In this document: one piece after another, positions 50,700 through 62,305 of the stretch
How the letters are laid out: every line of letters starts with the position of its first letter
Position numbering within the stretch: position 1 is the stretch's first letter
From: Raillietiella orientalis
Taxonomy: Eukaryota
Assembly: GCA_036172245.1 (NCBI GenBank)
Contig: JAYWIR010000009.1
Coordinates: forward strand, 2,728,001 to 2,792,000
Direction: 5' to 3'
Length of the DNA stretch: 64,000 nt
Notes under the pieces: generated by a model
What the model was told of the DNA's origin: nothing
Database searches by the model: none
What the model saw: only the letters and a program-made list of their open reading frames with translations
Position numbers and translations under genes: made by a program

Positions 50700-52000
50700 C
50701 CACGGGATGCGGCAATGATCCGGAACCACGGAACAACCTGCAGGGTCGGCTTCATGAGGAAATGCGTCCTGGAAATTCTCCAGAACTTGCAGGTTCCCCG
50801 GTTTGCCTCGTTAGCCGTATTCATGCGCAAGCCTCAGGGCAAATCACGGGCGCGTGCCAAGCCATCCTACGATGCTCCTGCTGCCGATTCCTGTGGGGTG
50901 GGACCAAGCGTTCTTTGCGGACTGAGTTTACAGTTTGGAGAACCCCGACAACCCAACTGTCCGTCCACATCCGAGGCTACTTTCAGTGCTCTTTGGAGAC
51001 TCTTTGATCGTTACTTGCGCTCAGGTTCGTTATCTCGAAGGAGGGATCATGCATTTCAAAGACCAGCGGTCAAACCAGAGACACGAATCCGGCTGCGGGC
51101 CTCTCTCGAAGCGGTTCTTCACGTCATCTCAGTTGACCTCGCTGGCGACGCAGTGCTGCATCTGAGCAACAGTGGCAGCTCTCCACGTGGCCAAGGAGCA
51201 ACAGAACCGGAAGATGCCAGAACACTCCATCCTTTCCCTTGCTTAATCCCTTCCCTAAGTCTATAGATGATCCCACCTGCGTCAGGAAATGGGAGGGAAT
51301 GTTGCCTGAGGAGCCGCTGGGACGCTGGCACCTTTGCAGTCTTCCAGCGTTCACCCTTCTCGCCTTCAGGATGTCTAGCCGTGGCACTCTTGTTTCCGGC
51401 TGCCGCGCCCACGCTTTTCCTCCAGGCGACTGTGTCACGAACAGCGCATTCCACCACGATTCCCGAGTTAGCACTGCCCTCATTCCCCAGCTTCACTGAA
51501 CCCCTGTGTTGTGCCTTTATTATCTTCATTAAACCTATTATATTACTGCATCACTTAATTACACTGCGCCGATGAGCATACCCTGGGCGCCCCCGAATCC
51601 GCGAGCTAACGTCCTGACTGCTCTCGGAGTGATTCCCTTCCTGCTGCTTGTGTTACGGGATCAGCGTCGCTTCCCTCCGGGAAATGCCTTCCGGATGCCT
51701 GCATCTCCGAGGTGAACTCGCGAACACCGCGTGGCGGAGGTTAGCCGACCATACGCTCGCGAGCCACGAGCGATCCGAACCGGCAGCACGAAGAGTGTAG
51801 GCGACGCCGACGGGGAAAGGCAGCTGCCCCTTGAGACCCGGCAGCCCACCTCGGTCTTCAAGGAGACTTCGTAGCTGCTGTCGCAGCTCCGCTCCCTACC
51901 GGTCGCCATTTTTTTCTCTCTCACGTGCCGCGCAGCTCCTGACCGGGGGCTTCCCTTCTGGCCAGGCTTTCCTCGATGTCCTCCGACGCTTCTTTCTTAG
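50700..52000 (+). pseudogene. Decayed LRR fragments
   Basis: EILQNLQV, VISVDLAGDAVLHLSN, EGMLPEE, GTFAVFQRSPF and LLTGGFPSGQAFLDVLRRFFLS. Confidence 0.4.
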
Positions 52001-52007
52001 CACCACC

Positions 52008-52058
52008 GTAGGTGGAAGGAAGGGGCTTAGCACCGCTTAGCCCCTTCCTTCCACCTAC
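52008..52058. repeat. Perfect 20-bp inverted repeat (hairpin)
   Basis: gtaggtggaaggaaggggct (52008-52027) / agccccttccttccacctac (52039-52058) with an 11-nt spacer. Confidence 0.95.
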
Positions 52059-52749
52059 AAGATGCCGAGGTAGAGAGGACGCTGCTCGTATAGGAAGGAG
52101 ACCACGGAAAGTTAACTGTTATACTGGGTTTCACCCTCTCCTCCCTTCCCCCATTTATTTATTTTATTATCCCCTTCGCTGTCCAGGTCTTTTTGCATCA
52201 TCGCCCGGCTGTTGGACTTCCCTTCCGAAACCCCGAATCCTGCAAAAAAAGAATGCTCACTTTTTACGATTCTTTCCCTCATAAGGAAACAACGCAGAGT
52301 CACGTGGTCTGCTGTCCTTACTCACCCTCGCTGCCACGAGGAAGAAGAGCTGCCTGCCGACCAGGAGACTGGGATCCGAAAGCGACCCCCCATCAGGTGC
52401 CCCCGCTGCACGTTCGGAACGGCTCCGGGGTGACGGGAAGGCGACAAATGGTGCCCCCTGCAGATTCTCCGCTTCTTGCCCCGGGGTTCGGGCTCGCACG
52501 TGCGACCGAAGCAGAAACGCCGCCGGATCGAGTGCGGAGTCGCCCCGAACTCTGCCAGGCGGGCCGGGTGCGTCGACCTGCGTCTTCTGGACTGCGAGTT
52601 CCTCCACGGCGGACGGCAACGGGTGGCACACGGAGGACACCCCCTAGGACTCGAAAGAAGGAGTAGCTGGTTAAAAGCCGCGTGCTTTTTTGAATCCGGA
52701 CGAAATCGGGGAAGTGGGAACACTGTCTGAGGCGCCATCATCCTATTTG

Positions 52750-53450
52750 CGGAACACCGATCACTGGATATGGAATCCTCCTCGAAGTTTCTTGATCAGC
52801 GCGTTTTATTTGCTACCAGCTGCGGAAGCACACACTTTTGATGATCGGTGAAGTACGACCGCAAGGGTCGCAAATACCCTCAAGGCGCATCAGAGGGATG
52901 GTAGACGGAAGCTGCGATCGGGAGGAGCGATGCATCGAACCGCATCTCGAGCCGAATTTTTCAACCCATCCACCCTGCAAGTGTGGCCAGTGGAAATTAC
53001 ATGGTCGTTTGCATTTTCCCGCATTCCTTAAGGATGATGGCATTCCCGAATTTTCACCAAACAAATGCTTTTCGTTTACGCGGAAAAAAAAAAAAGAAGA
53101 AGAAAGGAAAGAAGGAAAGAAAAAGAAAACGACATTACCAAATTGCTTTAAGTGCTCTAAGTAGCATGCATTAAGCGCAGCGTGCCCGCCTTTCGCAATA
53201 AGTGAATCCGGATGCGTTTTCATCGTCTCGGCGGTATTCTGGAATCGAAAATACGAAATTTTTCGGTGCCGAACTTCTTTTAAATTCAAGCCCGATTCCT
53301 CCGTTATTAGCCTTATTTTCTGAGCGATTTCTCCCGCTAGAAAGCTGCGCCGTCAGACGTAATGAGCACAGCGGATCGCAATCCGGACCGACTCGGGAGC
53401 TCCCACTGGAGATCCACCTCTGAGAGGGAAAAGTGAATACATAAATAAGG
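52750..53450 (+). pseudogene. Decayed LRR fragment
   Basis: KLHGRL, PIPPLLALFSE, LESCAVRRNEHSG and ELPLEI. Confidence 0.35.
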
Positions 53451-53639
53451 AAACAGCATGAATACTTTATGTGCAGACGTTCCTCTTGCAGCTTTTGGAA
53501 TGGAGCCATCCTGCCGGGGACTCGGAGCTCGCACCTCGGTTTTCCGTCTCTCCTCTTGGCCACCGAAACCCCGAAGAGAACCGTTAGGTCGATTCTGCGA
53601 ACCGCACGGCGTGCCGGCAAGCTCGGCCCGGGGTGCCTG

Positions 53640-54376
53640 CGTGCGCATGCGCGACCCCATCAACATTAGTTTGTGGGGAACGTTTCTGTCGTGGGTCGTC
53701 TCGGACGCCACCGAGAGGTCCTACGCACAACAGGAAAAGTCACTGCAGGAGGGTGATGTCCCTGGAAACCACCAGGGGAGCTGCCTCCCCGAACTGTTCC
53801 AGGTGAGGGACGATGAGTCGCTCCCGCGCCTTTTGTTGGCCTGCGGCACCATGGAGCACTTGTGGCAGAGACTCCCTTCGGCTCTTCGACAGCAGCAGGA
53901 CACCGCTTTGGACCTGCTGCGACGCCTCTTCAGCCGAGGCGGGCTGAAGAAGAGAACTGCGATCGTAATGAGATGTCGTATCCACGAGCCATAGTCACAG
54001 CCCACCACGTGCCGGAGTCAGGTTCGCGGCGAAGGGGGGCCGCCAGCATGGAAGCAGCCCTCATGGAGACATCAGCAAGATGGCCTCGTCTGCCAGAAGT
54101 CTCCAGGGAAATCGCCACCACCCAGAGCCTCTTCTAGAAGGAAAGGACCGTCTTCAACCAAGGACCCCTGTCCCCCTGCCCCCCCGTCTTTTTTATTTAT
54201 TTATTGTCCCCTCCCTTCGTTCCCAACTTGTTGGAAGTCGGCCTGCGTGCCGGTGGTGAACTTTTTAGAAGGAGGAAGAAGGTGTTCTCCAGGGGTTCTT
54301 CTCCCCTCTTTCCCGTAGCTTCTTTTTTTTTTTTTTTTTTTTTTAAAATGAACGTCTCGGCGTAACCGGGTAAGAA
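53640..54376 (+). mobile_element. 5'-truncated LINE copy
   Basis: DESLPRLLLACGTMEHLWQRLPSAL and ARWPRLPEVSREIA. The 3' UTR has tcggcctgcgtgccgg and a T-tract, then terminal motif aatgaacgtctcggcgtaaccgggtaagaa. Confidence 0.75.
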
Positions 54377-54399
54377 CTGGAAACCTTGGACGGGTTTGG

Positions 54400-55450
54400 T
54401 TGGGATGAGAACACTTTTCATCTTGTCACCTGTTGTGCAGCAGGGGTGTGCTGCGTCGAGTCGAGGCGCACGGCCTCCACACCCTTGAAGGACGTCCTTT
54501 GTAAGTTGTACTGTAATTTGGTTTGACAAGGAAATAAACGGAATGGTGGCTCTAATTCCCAATTTCCAGAGAAAAGCCCTCCTGAACACCACGCGGTCAT
54601 GCTTGCTCTTGCATTTGTTCTGCTTGGTTGATCTCAGATCGAAATCTATTTGTAAACCTCTTGCGTAATTAAATGAGTCCTCAGCGGCCGCGCGGTTACT
54701 GGAGAAGGGGTACAATTTCAAATGGATCCTGTCGAAAGAACGATACTGGGTCCCTGGTTATATGATGCATGATGCATATCTGTGCGTGATGGAAAGGATG
54801 GACCAGGACGTGCTCCCAGTATACGTCCTGGCCGTGCTGTATATTAGCGAATCCCACCTTCTGTTCCAAGTGCTTCCGGTGCTTGTTTTTCTTCACGTGC
54901 GATAGTCCTCTCAGGAGCGGCCTCGCGAACCGAATCTGGGAATCTAGCTAGAAGCTGCTAGTGGTAAGCTGCCATGGTTGCCAATATTCCACCGAAGTTG
55001 ACACGTGATGTTGGAAATTTAGTTTCCCATGGAAAGAGGTCAACACTCCTTCTGCAGCAGTTAGAATAGCTCCTGAGACACAGTGTCCCATTTTTTACAG
55101 CCTGGGCTGGCAAACGCACATGCGTGAACACCTTCCAGAAAAAGTAGAACATCCTGATCCAACAACACCAAGCAACTTAAAGGACGTAAATCCTGCATGA
55201 TTGTTCTGATTGGAATGGGGACGAGATGTGGCAATGATCGCTGATCAGGAACAGCTGGCTCGGGAACAAGGTTGCCCACGCCAAAGTCCAGAAATCCCTA
55301 AATTGTTCGTTGCTTATTCCGTGGCTGATGGATCGCACCAGCCCCTGGTTTGCCACCCACGGCCATCGCAATGAGCACCGTGACATTACCCAAGGGCCCT
55401 TTGGTGAAATCATTATCTAAAGGGTCCATCATCATTACTATTTACTTTTC
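54400..55450 (-). pseudogene. Decayed LRR fragment
   Basis: NQGLVRSISHGISN, FPSQLFLI, LRPLSCLVLLD, NFGGILA and SLSNQIT. Confidence 0.4.
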
Positions 55451-55999
55451 AGTCATATGTTTTAGCTCCTGAGGATAAGGGGCTGCAAGAACCTATCCTT
55501 ACGTGCAGTCGCAGACTTCAGAGATCCCACAGTCAGTTCCCGCACCAGCGGTCCACTACTGGAGGAGGAAGTGGGAGGAAGCTCCCTGCATTTGCTCAGT
55601 TTCCTTTGTCGCGCTTTCCACAGCGCTGTTTGCGGACCCTCGAGCGAACGGATGGCATCGACCATGATGACTCTCCACTGCTTTCCTGGAAGATCCGGGG
55701 GAACACTCGAGTCGACTGAGCCACCATCAGCTCGTCCACTTTGCCTGAGTTACTTCTTGGCCATTAGACCTCGCCTGAGGTAACCAAGGGGTGCGGCACC
55801 CTCACTTCGGGAATTCAGGACCTCACTCCACGCCGAACACGTGCGATCCACGACGCTTCTAAACGAAAACGTAAACCACACTCGCACATACAGGAAGCTA
55901 AGGAGGGCAGCGCGTAGAAAGGAGAATCTGAAGTGACCTCTGTCGTACAAAAAGGATGAGCGATGCTGTCCGATGCAAGACATGAAGCTTTTTCCGAGA

Positions 56000-56550
56000 T
56001 TGGTATGATGAGGGAGTGCCATACCTCGCCTCTCTGGAGCATGCGTTTTCTGGAGGCAGTATCCAGCCTCTGGACTCCCGTTTTCAGCTTGCCGTCTTCG
56101 AAGGTCCAATAGCATATCCTTATCCAAAATCACCAGACATCTCCCTTTATCAATTCTGTCCGTCAGGCACGTTGTGGGTGCTTTCCTTTTTTGTTCTTTC
56201 TTCTTCGATCCATGGCTCTTTGCTATTCCAGTTCTTTTGACTGCCCTTGCTTTCAAAGGATGGTAAAGCCTCCATTCCACCTCCTTGAAACCAATTGCTT
56301 CCCAGAGGATGTTCGGTTTTTCTTGGAGCTTCGATCAATAAACAGCTTTTGAGAACAAGGGGCTTCAAAGCGTCACGCATCCATTCGATGAAGACCGGTG
56401 GATCCACACCAAAGCACTCTCAAAACTATGTGGTAAATTTCTCGAAACGTGTGAATATTTTTCGTGGTGGAGATCCCCTGTCAACTTTTTTTTTTTTCCT
56501 TTTAAAGGCCAGTGGCGACCCCACGAGGAGATTGTTACTATTGGCCTAGG
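56000..56550 (+). pseudogene. Decayed LRR fragment
   Basis: YLASLEH, FEGPI, TLWVLSF, IHGSLLFQFF and VNFSKRVNIFRGG. Confidence 0.35.
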
Positions 56551-57189
56551 GATGATGGAAATCCTTTTGGGTTTTTTCTATCTTCGGTTTTTTTTTCCCT
56601 CCCAGCATTTTTTTTTCAGGTTTTTCAGGTTTTCTTTTTTGTGGTTCGCTAAGTACCTCAAGAGCCGGTCGCGAGCCTCGCGGCGCAAGTGGCTCTTTGA
56701 CACTTTTTCCACGTCACCCGCGGAGGGTGCGTGTTTTTCTTCAGGATAGAAGGGGCACCTTGGAAAGGGGTCCACCCTATGAATCCAAGAAGGCTCGGAG
56801 TGCGTTCGGCACTGCTCCGGTTCTTTCAGCTGGCTGAGTGCAAACCCAGCGACTGTGGTTCAACACAGCGGTAGCTAAGTACCCTTGGAAAACAGCGCAA
56901 GAAGGAACTTCTCGAGTCCAGCAATCTTAAAATTCCAGGGTCAGAATTTTCATTGATGGAGGAACGAAAGTGCAGAGATCAAGAAACCAAGCTTTTTCGT
57001 GAAGAGTTTCAGTACCCTTCTTGCATTAAGCATCAGCAAATTCGATGCTCTGGAGAATCTTGCTGCTTCAGTTTGTCTGCAGCCACTCTAGGCACTTGGT
57101 ACCGGAAAGTTAAGCAAACGCCATGGCTCCTTCGATTTCAGTGTTCACTGTTTGAGGTTTCTTTCTTTTAGGGGCCTTACAACCGGGAC

Positions 57190-58250
57190 CTTAAGATGAC
57201 GCGGCCATGGACTGGTCCCCGGATTTGCTAGGAGCATCTTTTGCATGCAGAAACCGTTCTCCGTGAAAGATTGATATCTGTGGGAAATAGAGAAGACAGT
57301 GTGGAAGAGAAGCATTAGGAAGTAGAAAGTTCACTCTCCATTGCGGCAGATGTATCTCATTATTCGCTTGCAAACTCCTGAGATCACAGGTGGAGACGCT
57401 GAAACTTTTTCATCCTGACCAGCCCGGAAGATGGATTGGGCGCTTGAGGATTCGGGCTGAGGAACCCCATTAAGGGTGTGGAGTGGAGGAACCACCAAAG
57501 GAAGATAGAAAGTGGCTCCAGGAATAAGCTTTGAAAGGGTAAAATGGGATCTGGGTTTGGAAAGCCCTCTTTGATACTTCGGAACGAGGCAGACGTTGGT
57601 TGCTGGATCTCCGGATCCTGCAGAAACGAGAGCAGCCAGTCGATTTAGGGAAAATCTTTCGGGGAACTGAAACAAGATTTTGGCAGCAGCATTTCCAATG
57701 CCTTTTTTCAGTTCTGTTAGGTCCTTCGTTTCGGATAGCAATACCGTCATACATGCTGAAGTCTCAGGAGGTGATAGTAAACACTTAGGTAGTTAAGATG
57801 CTCCGAAAACAGAGAAACAACCTGGGAAGCCGATGTGGATCCGCATTGCCTCGATTGTAGGAACTTTCGCATTGGACTGCACCGAGAGTCTCCAGCAACT
57901 TTCTTGCCAACGGGGATTAATCCTCTTATCGTGGTCACAGATTCACTTTTGTCCACCTGAGAAAGCAGCCTAGAAACAGATGGGTGGTGGACAGCAAGGG
58001 ACACAACTCTGTAGCACACTTCAGAGCATCGAATGAGCAGCCTTCACTCCAGGACCCACGAAGTCCTCTGATAGACCAAGTGGGGGAGGCGACGCACATA
58101 GGACAGGAAGAGCCCGAGATGATGGTCAGCAGACAAGAGAAACGAGGTGTGAATTTTGACCTCGCTGCGGGGCAAAGGACAGTCATTACAACGATCAGCA
58201 CACACTGCTCATCTGAAAGCACAGCATCAGGGCTGAGGACGCGTGGAAGA
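57190..58250 (-). pseudogene. Decayed LRR ectodomain N-terminal part
   Basis: N-cap-like SWSEGCSFDALKC + RVVSL, then IRGLIP, HLNYLSVYY, KGIGNAAA, FSLNRLAAL and SLPHCLLYFPQI. Confidence 0.5.
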
Positions 58251-58270
58251 CTTCTTCGGAGTAGAACACG

Positions 58271-59480
58271 TTGGAGCACACCATTTCCTTCGTGATGCCC
58301 TCTATCGATGGCTTAGGAATCTTCAGGTCCCTCAGTATCTGTAGGAGCTATGGAATTGGAGACCTACGGCGATCGCCTTCACAGATGCCAGTACTTTTTT
58401 TTTACCTTTTTTTTACCGGCGAAGTGGACTTCCTGCGTTTTCTCTCCTTTTTCCGCCTTGTCTCCTCTTGCACCTCAGTATTGGTCTCACAGAAGCAGGC
58501 CGCGATGACGATCACCGCCTTCCTGCCAGCCTGGGGCACCGAGTTCAACCATCCTGGCTTGTATCTTTCTTGCGTGTCCCTCGGTGATCTTTTTGTCGCG
58601 TCGGATGCAAACGCTGGGGATGTAGCTAAGGAACTTTTCCAATACCGCACTTCCTGCGCTCTCTGTGAGGCATCATCTTTGGGGGAAGGTGCTCCTGCAG
58701 GTACCAGAACTGGGGAGGCACGTATCGGGGGCGAATCCATGCTCTCGAAATTTCACCGCTGTGCTGCTGTTGCCCACGAGCACCCCATCCCGTTCGCCGA
58801 ACGGCCCCAGCCACTGATAATGCGCCAGTCTGGGAATGAGCGTTCGCACTGCAGTGGTTTTTTGCCGTTAAGCGTTTTCCATCCTGGTCACCTCGTCGGC
58901 CAGGTCCGATGAGTGCCGATAGGAATGGACCCACAATAAACGGTTTCTTTAGGTATTGGTATTCAACATCGCGCTGATGGATCGTCCACCAATGAGCATT
59001 CGAGAGCGTCTCCTCCTTCCCCTCTCAGGAACCTTAAGGGTCAATTCGCGCAGCCATCATCTGGTAATTGGCTTCCCGATATCTCCCAAACGATGATGTT
59101 TTGAGGAAGGGATGGAGAATTTCTGGGACGTGCGAGAGTCATCTCAGCAAGCTGGTGTCGTCAAAAATCCAGCGGGAACACATACAGGACGCGACGTCTG
59201 CGGCAACTCCCAAACGATCCCGAACTCCCAAAAAATCCAGAACGGAATCCTAGACGTTCACGTCTGGGTGTGCTCCGGATCGAAAGACCTCGCTGACCTT
59301 CATCATCACTCGACCACAAGGCTTGGGCGCACGGGTTCAGCCCGCTGGCAAAGGCTCCAGGTGCCAACGAAAGGCTGCAGGAGGTTAACCCTCTCGGCAG
59401 AAGCCTTGCATCTCAAGGAGGAATCGTCTTCGCAACTGATGCCTGCGGGCGAGGCACGAAGTCACTACGCGGATCACCCA
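58271..59480 (+). pseudogene. Decayed LRR ectodomain
   Basis: PSIDGLGIFRSLSI, FFTGEV, ITAFLPAW, SLGDLFVASDANAGDVAKELFQ and SGFLPLSVFHPGHL. Confidence 0.55.
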
Positions 59481-60087
59481 GTGTTCTGAAGCCCGCCTCT
59501 CCCCGGGGTCGCGAGGGCGCGTGGGGGACGGGTGGAGGCAGAAGCGCGCTCCTGCGCCTTTCTGAAGGGAAGGCTGCGGCGTCGCAGCTGCTGGGTTTCC
59601 TGCCAGAGAGCCGCCTTTCTCGCGCCGCCGTCCAGAGGCGCCATGTCCCGCCTCTGCCTCTCGCACGTGATCGCGGACGAGGACTTCCCGGGAACGCGAG
59701 CGCGCTTCCTCGCTCCTCCGGGAAGGGAGGAAACACTCCGGGAGGATTGGGTTTCAGAGCATCATCGAAATGGGAAGACGGTATCCAGGTGAATTTGGGA
59801 TGATTCCCTTTTTTTTTCCGTTTTTAAAGAATTACCTGCTACCGTGCTCCCCTCTTCTCATCCCTCCCCTCCCCCGCTAGACGATCTATTTCAGATAGAA
59901 TTGAAATGTCCCCTGTATTGGAATCATCGAAACGCGTAATTGACGTGCCGGGACTCCGCACTCCACCTCATCGGGTTTCGCCTTCAGAGAGGAGAGTGAT
60001 TTTTCCCTCCCAGTAATTTTTATTTTTTTCATTTCTCTCTTCCCTGCAGGGCAACTGACTACCGATCCCAAGGGGCTCTCGTGTCGG

Positions 60088-60860
60088 ATGAAGGATGCTG
60101 GTTTGTCCGTGTTCGAAAATGATCCGGAGGAGCTGAAGTCTTCACTTCCTTTCTCCCCCCCCTCTCCTCCTTTGCTATTCGATTCCAGAGAGGGAACGAG
60201 GAGCTCCCCGCTGTTGACGTTCGGGAGAATTCTAGACCAGGGGAACCCTAGCAGCATCTCAGGGGCCGTTCCGTCTGTCCCTGCACGTGGATGCTACAGA
60301 GAGAGTAACAAATTTGCACACAAGATGGCAGTTGATTTTTGTGCGTGCGTGTTACTTTCGCTGCTCACGCTGTGTGGCCTTGAAATTTATTTTGTCATCG
60401 AGAGCCTTGCCGAACCGCGACCAGGGTCGGGCTCCAAAACATGGCACCTCAACTTCAGGGTTCCCAGGAGAAGAAACTGCTTCCCTGGAGCTTACTTTCA
60501 AGTGTGTCACCCCAAAGAACTTATGACCCTTTCCTTCTGTGCGGACACTTCGGTGTTTCCCTCTGGAATTTCCTTAAGATGGGTTGTCCTTTGGTGTTTC
60601 CCAGCTGGTGCTGCTTTTGCATTGGGGCTTCCCGTAAAACGAGCGCTGCCATCTCAGTTTCAATTTTCCTCATCAGAAAAATTGCCAGTGGCCGAGTTTA
60701 TGCATCCATCTTCAAGAAGAATTCATTTCGTTCTCACAGGTGAGGAAGTTACTCTTTCCATGGAAACGAAACATTCGCGGAAGCTTCTCGAATGGATGGT
60801 GCACGGTGCATCGAGTCCGAGTTCCAGCTCGTGTTCTTCGGCCGCACGCCGAAGTAACCG
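60088..60860 (+). pseudogene. Decayed LRR ectodomain
   Basis: SISGAVPS, ESNKFAHKMAVDFCACVLLSLLTL, RNCFPGA, KELMTLSF, VFPSGI and ALPSQF. Confidence 0.5.
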
Positions 60861-60862
60861 TC

Positions 60863-61580
60863 TGGATGCCCCCTATGCAAGTCCGAGCTCCTAGTGGAAC
60901 TCCTGGACGGCTGGAAGACGAGCGCCAGCTGGTCGACGCCGCCTCTGCACGTCGTCAGATGGGAAAAACTTTGTGTTCTCCGGAGAACTCGAGGTCCCCC
61001 TTTTGTGTGTCTGGACACTTGGGTGTTCCCCTTGAGGTAGAAGCACAAGGTGCTGCCGCTTCTGTGCTGGGATTTCCGGAGCAGCCAGCACGGGCGCCTC
61101 TTTCGCGAGCTCTTCCGGGTTGGGACGATCGAGTGGTTCCCGCATCTGCCGCTGGACCACAGCGTCCTCCACGGACTGCGGAGGAGGCTGCCTTCATGTT
61201 CCTGCATCAGGAGGACACATCCAGGGACAGTCTTTGCTCTTTTCCACCGCGATTGCAAACCGACATTGCAAACCGATTGCATCCGTGCCATCGTCACGAT
61301 TCGCCGTGTGCTGGGGTCTCGGTCTCAAGGAAGGCAGCCGCCTGCACGAAGACGGCGGCGGTGGTCCCAACTAGAAGAAAAGTCAAGAAGGAGATCTCTG
61401 GCATTCTGAACCGAGGTGAAGAAGAAAAGAGCAGCTGCTACCAAAGACCGCTGTGCTCATCCTCTCTTTATTGATCTTTTCGTTGTCTCGTCCTGAGTTT
61501 CTTCAGCAACCGACTTGCCTGTCCGTGGACGCTGTCCTTGAACTTCTTTTTCTGTTCCTGTTTTGGAAGCTGCGTTCCAT
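60863..61580 (+). pseudogene. Decayed RLK (WAK-like) kinase fragment, copy B of the inverted duplication
   Basis: Reverse complement of 20045-20754 with the same kinase remnants and the same frameshifts. Confidence 0.6.
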
Positions 61581-61699
61581 ATTTGTTTGTTTATTTTTTT
61601 CAAGGGAACTCCCCAGGATGAGCGGGTGAAACATTTCTGAGTTCTTTCTCACTATAGCTCTCTTTCTACATCATCCATCATCATCTAGACCAACAAAGT

Positions 61700-62200
61700 C
61701 GTTGCATCCAGAGAACGCAGAAAGAGAACCGAGAGTCGACCCCGCGATGACAGTAGCCTTAACCTACAGTCTGGCCTCTTTAAAACTTAGGAGGGTGACT
61801 CCAGCTGGCGGAATTTCGGAGCTGAAAGAGGTGGTTTCGTATCCGATCCTGCAGTGCTTGCATCCACGGTGTACTCTTGGGTAATCCCAACTGATAGAAA
61901 ATAGGAGAACTTTCGAAAAGCGCAAGTCCGTCGAGAGGACCGGAAGAGCTGGTCAAAAATCTCACCAAGGCTCTTCCCAGCAGCCCTACTCGAAGTTTTC
62001 TTGGAACACCGACTGAAACACTGGAAGCTCGTTGCCTCCCCATTTTCCCTTAGATCAGCTGTCGCTCGTCGGAGCAAGAGTGACTCCCACTCAGCAAAGC
62101 GTATGACCTCACGACCGTAATGGATTGAGGCTACTTTTGAACCTTCATGGGTGACAACTCCGGCTCGCAGAAACGCTGAATCTCCAACTGCTGCCATTCA
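61700..62200 (+). pseudogene. Decayed LRR fragment
   Basis: SLASLKL, NLTKALPSS, LDQLSL and LRLLLNLHG. Weak support. Confidence 0.3.
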
Positions 62201-62305
62201 TGAGAGCCCCGGCGACCTTAGTTCGGTTACTGGAACTGTCTTGGTAGGAAAGAGCAAAACGCTGCGTTGCTGCACGGGAAGACCTATAAAGTGAAGCACG
62301 CTGCA

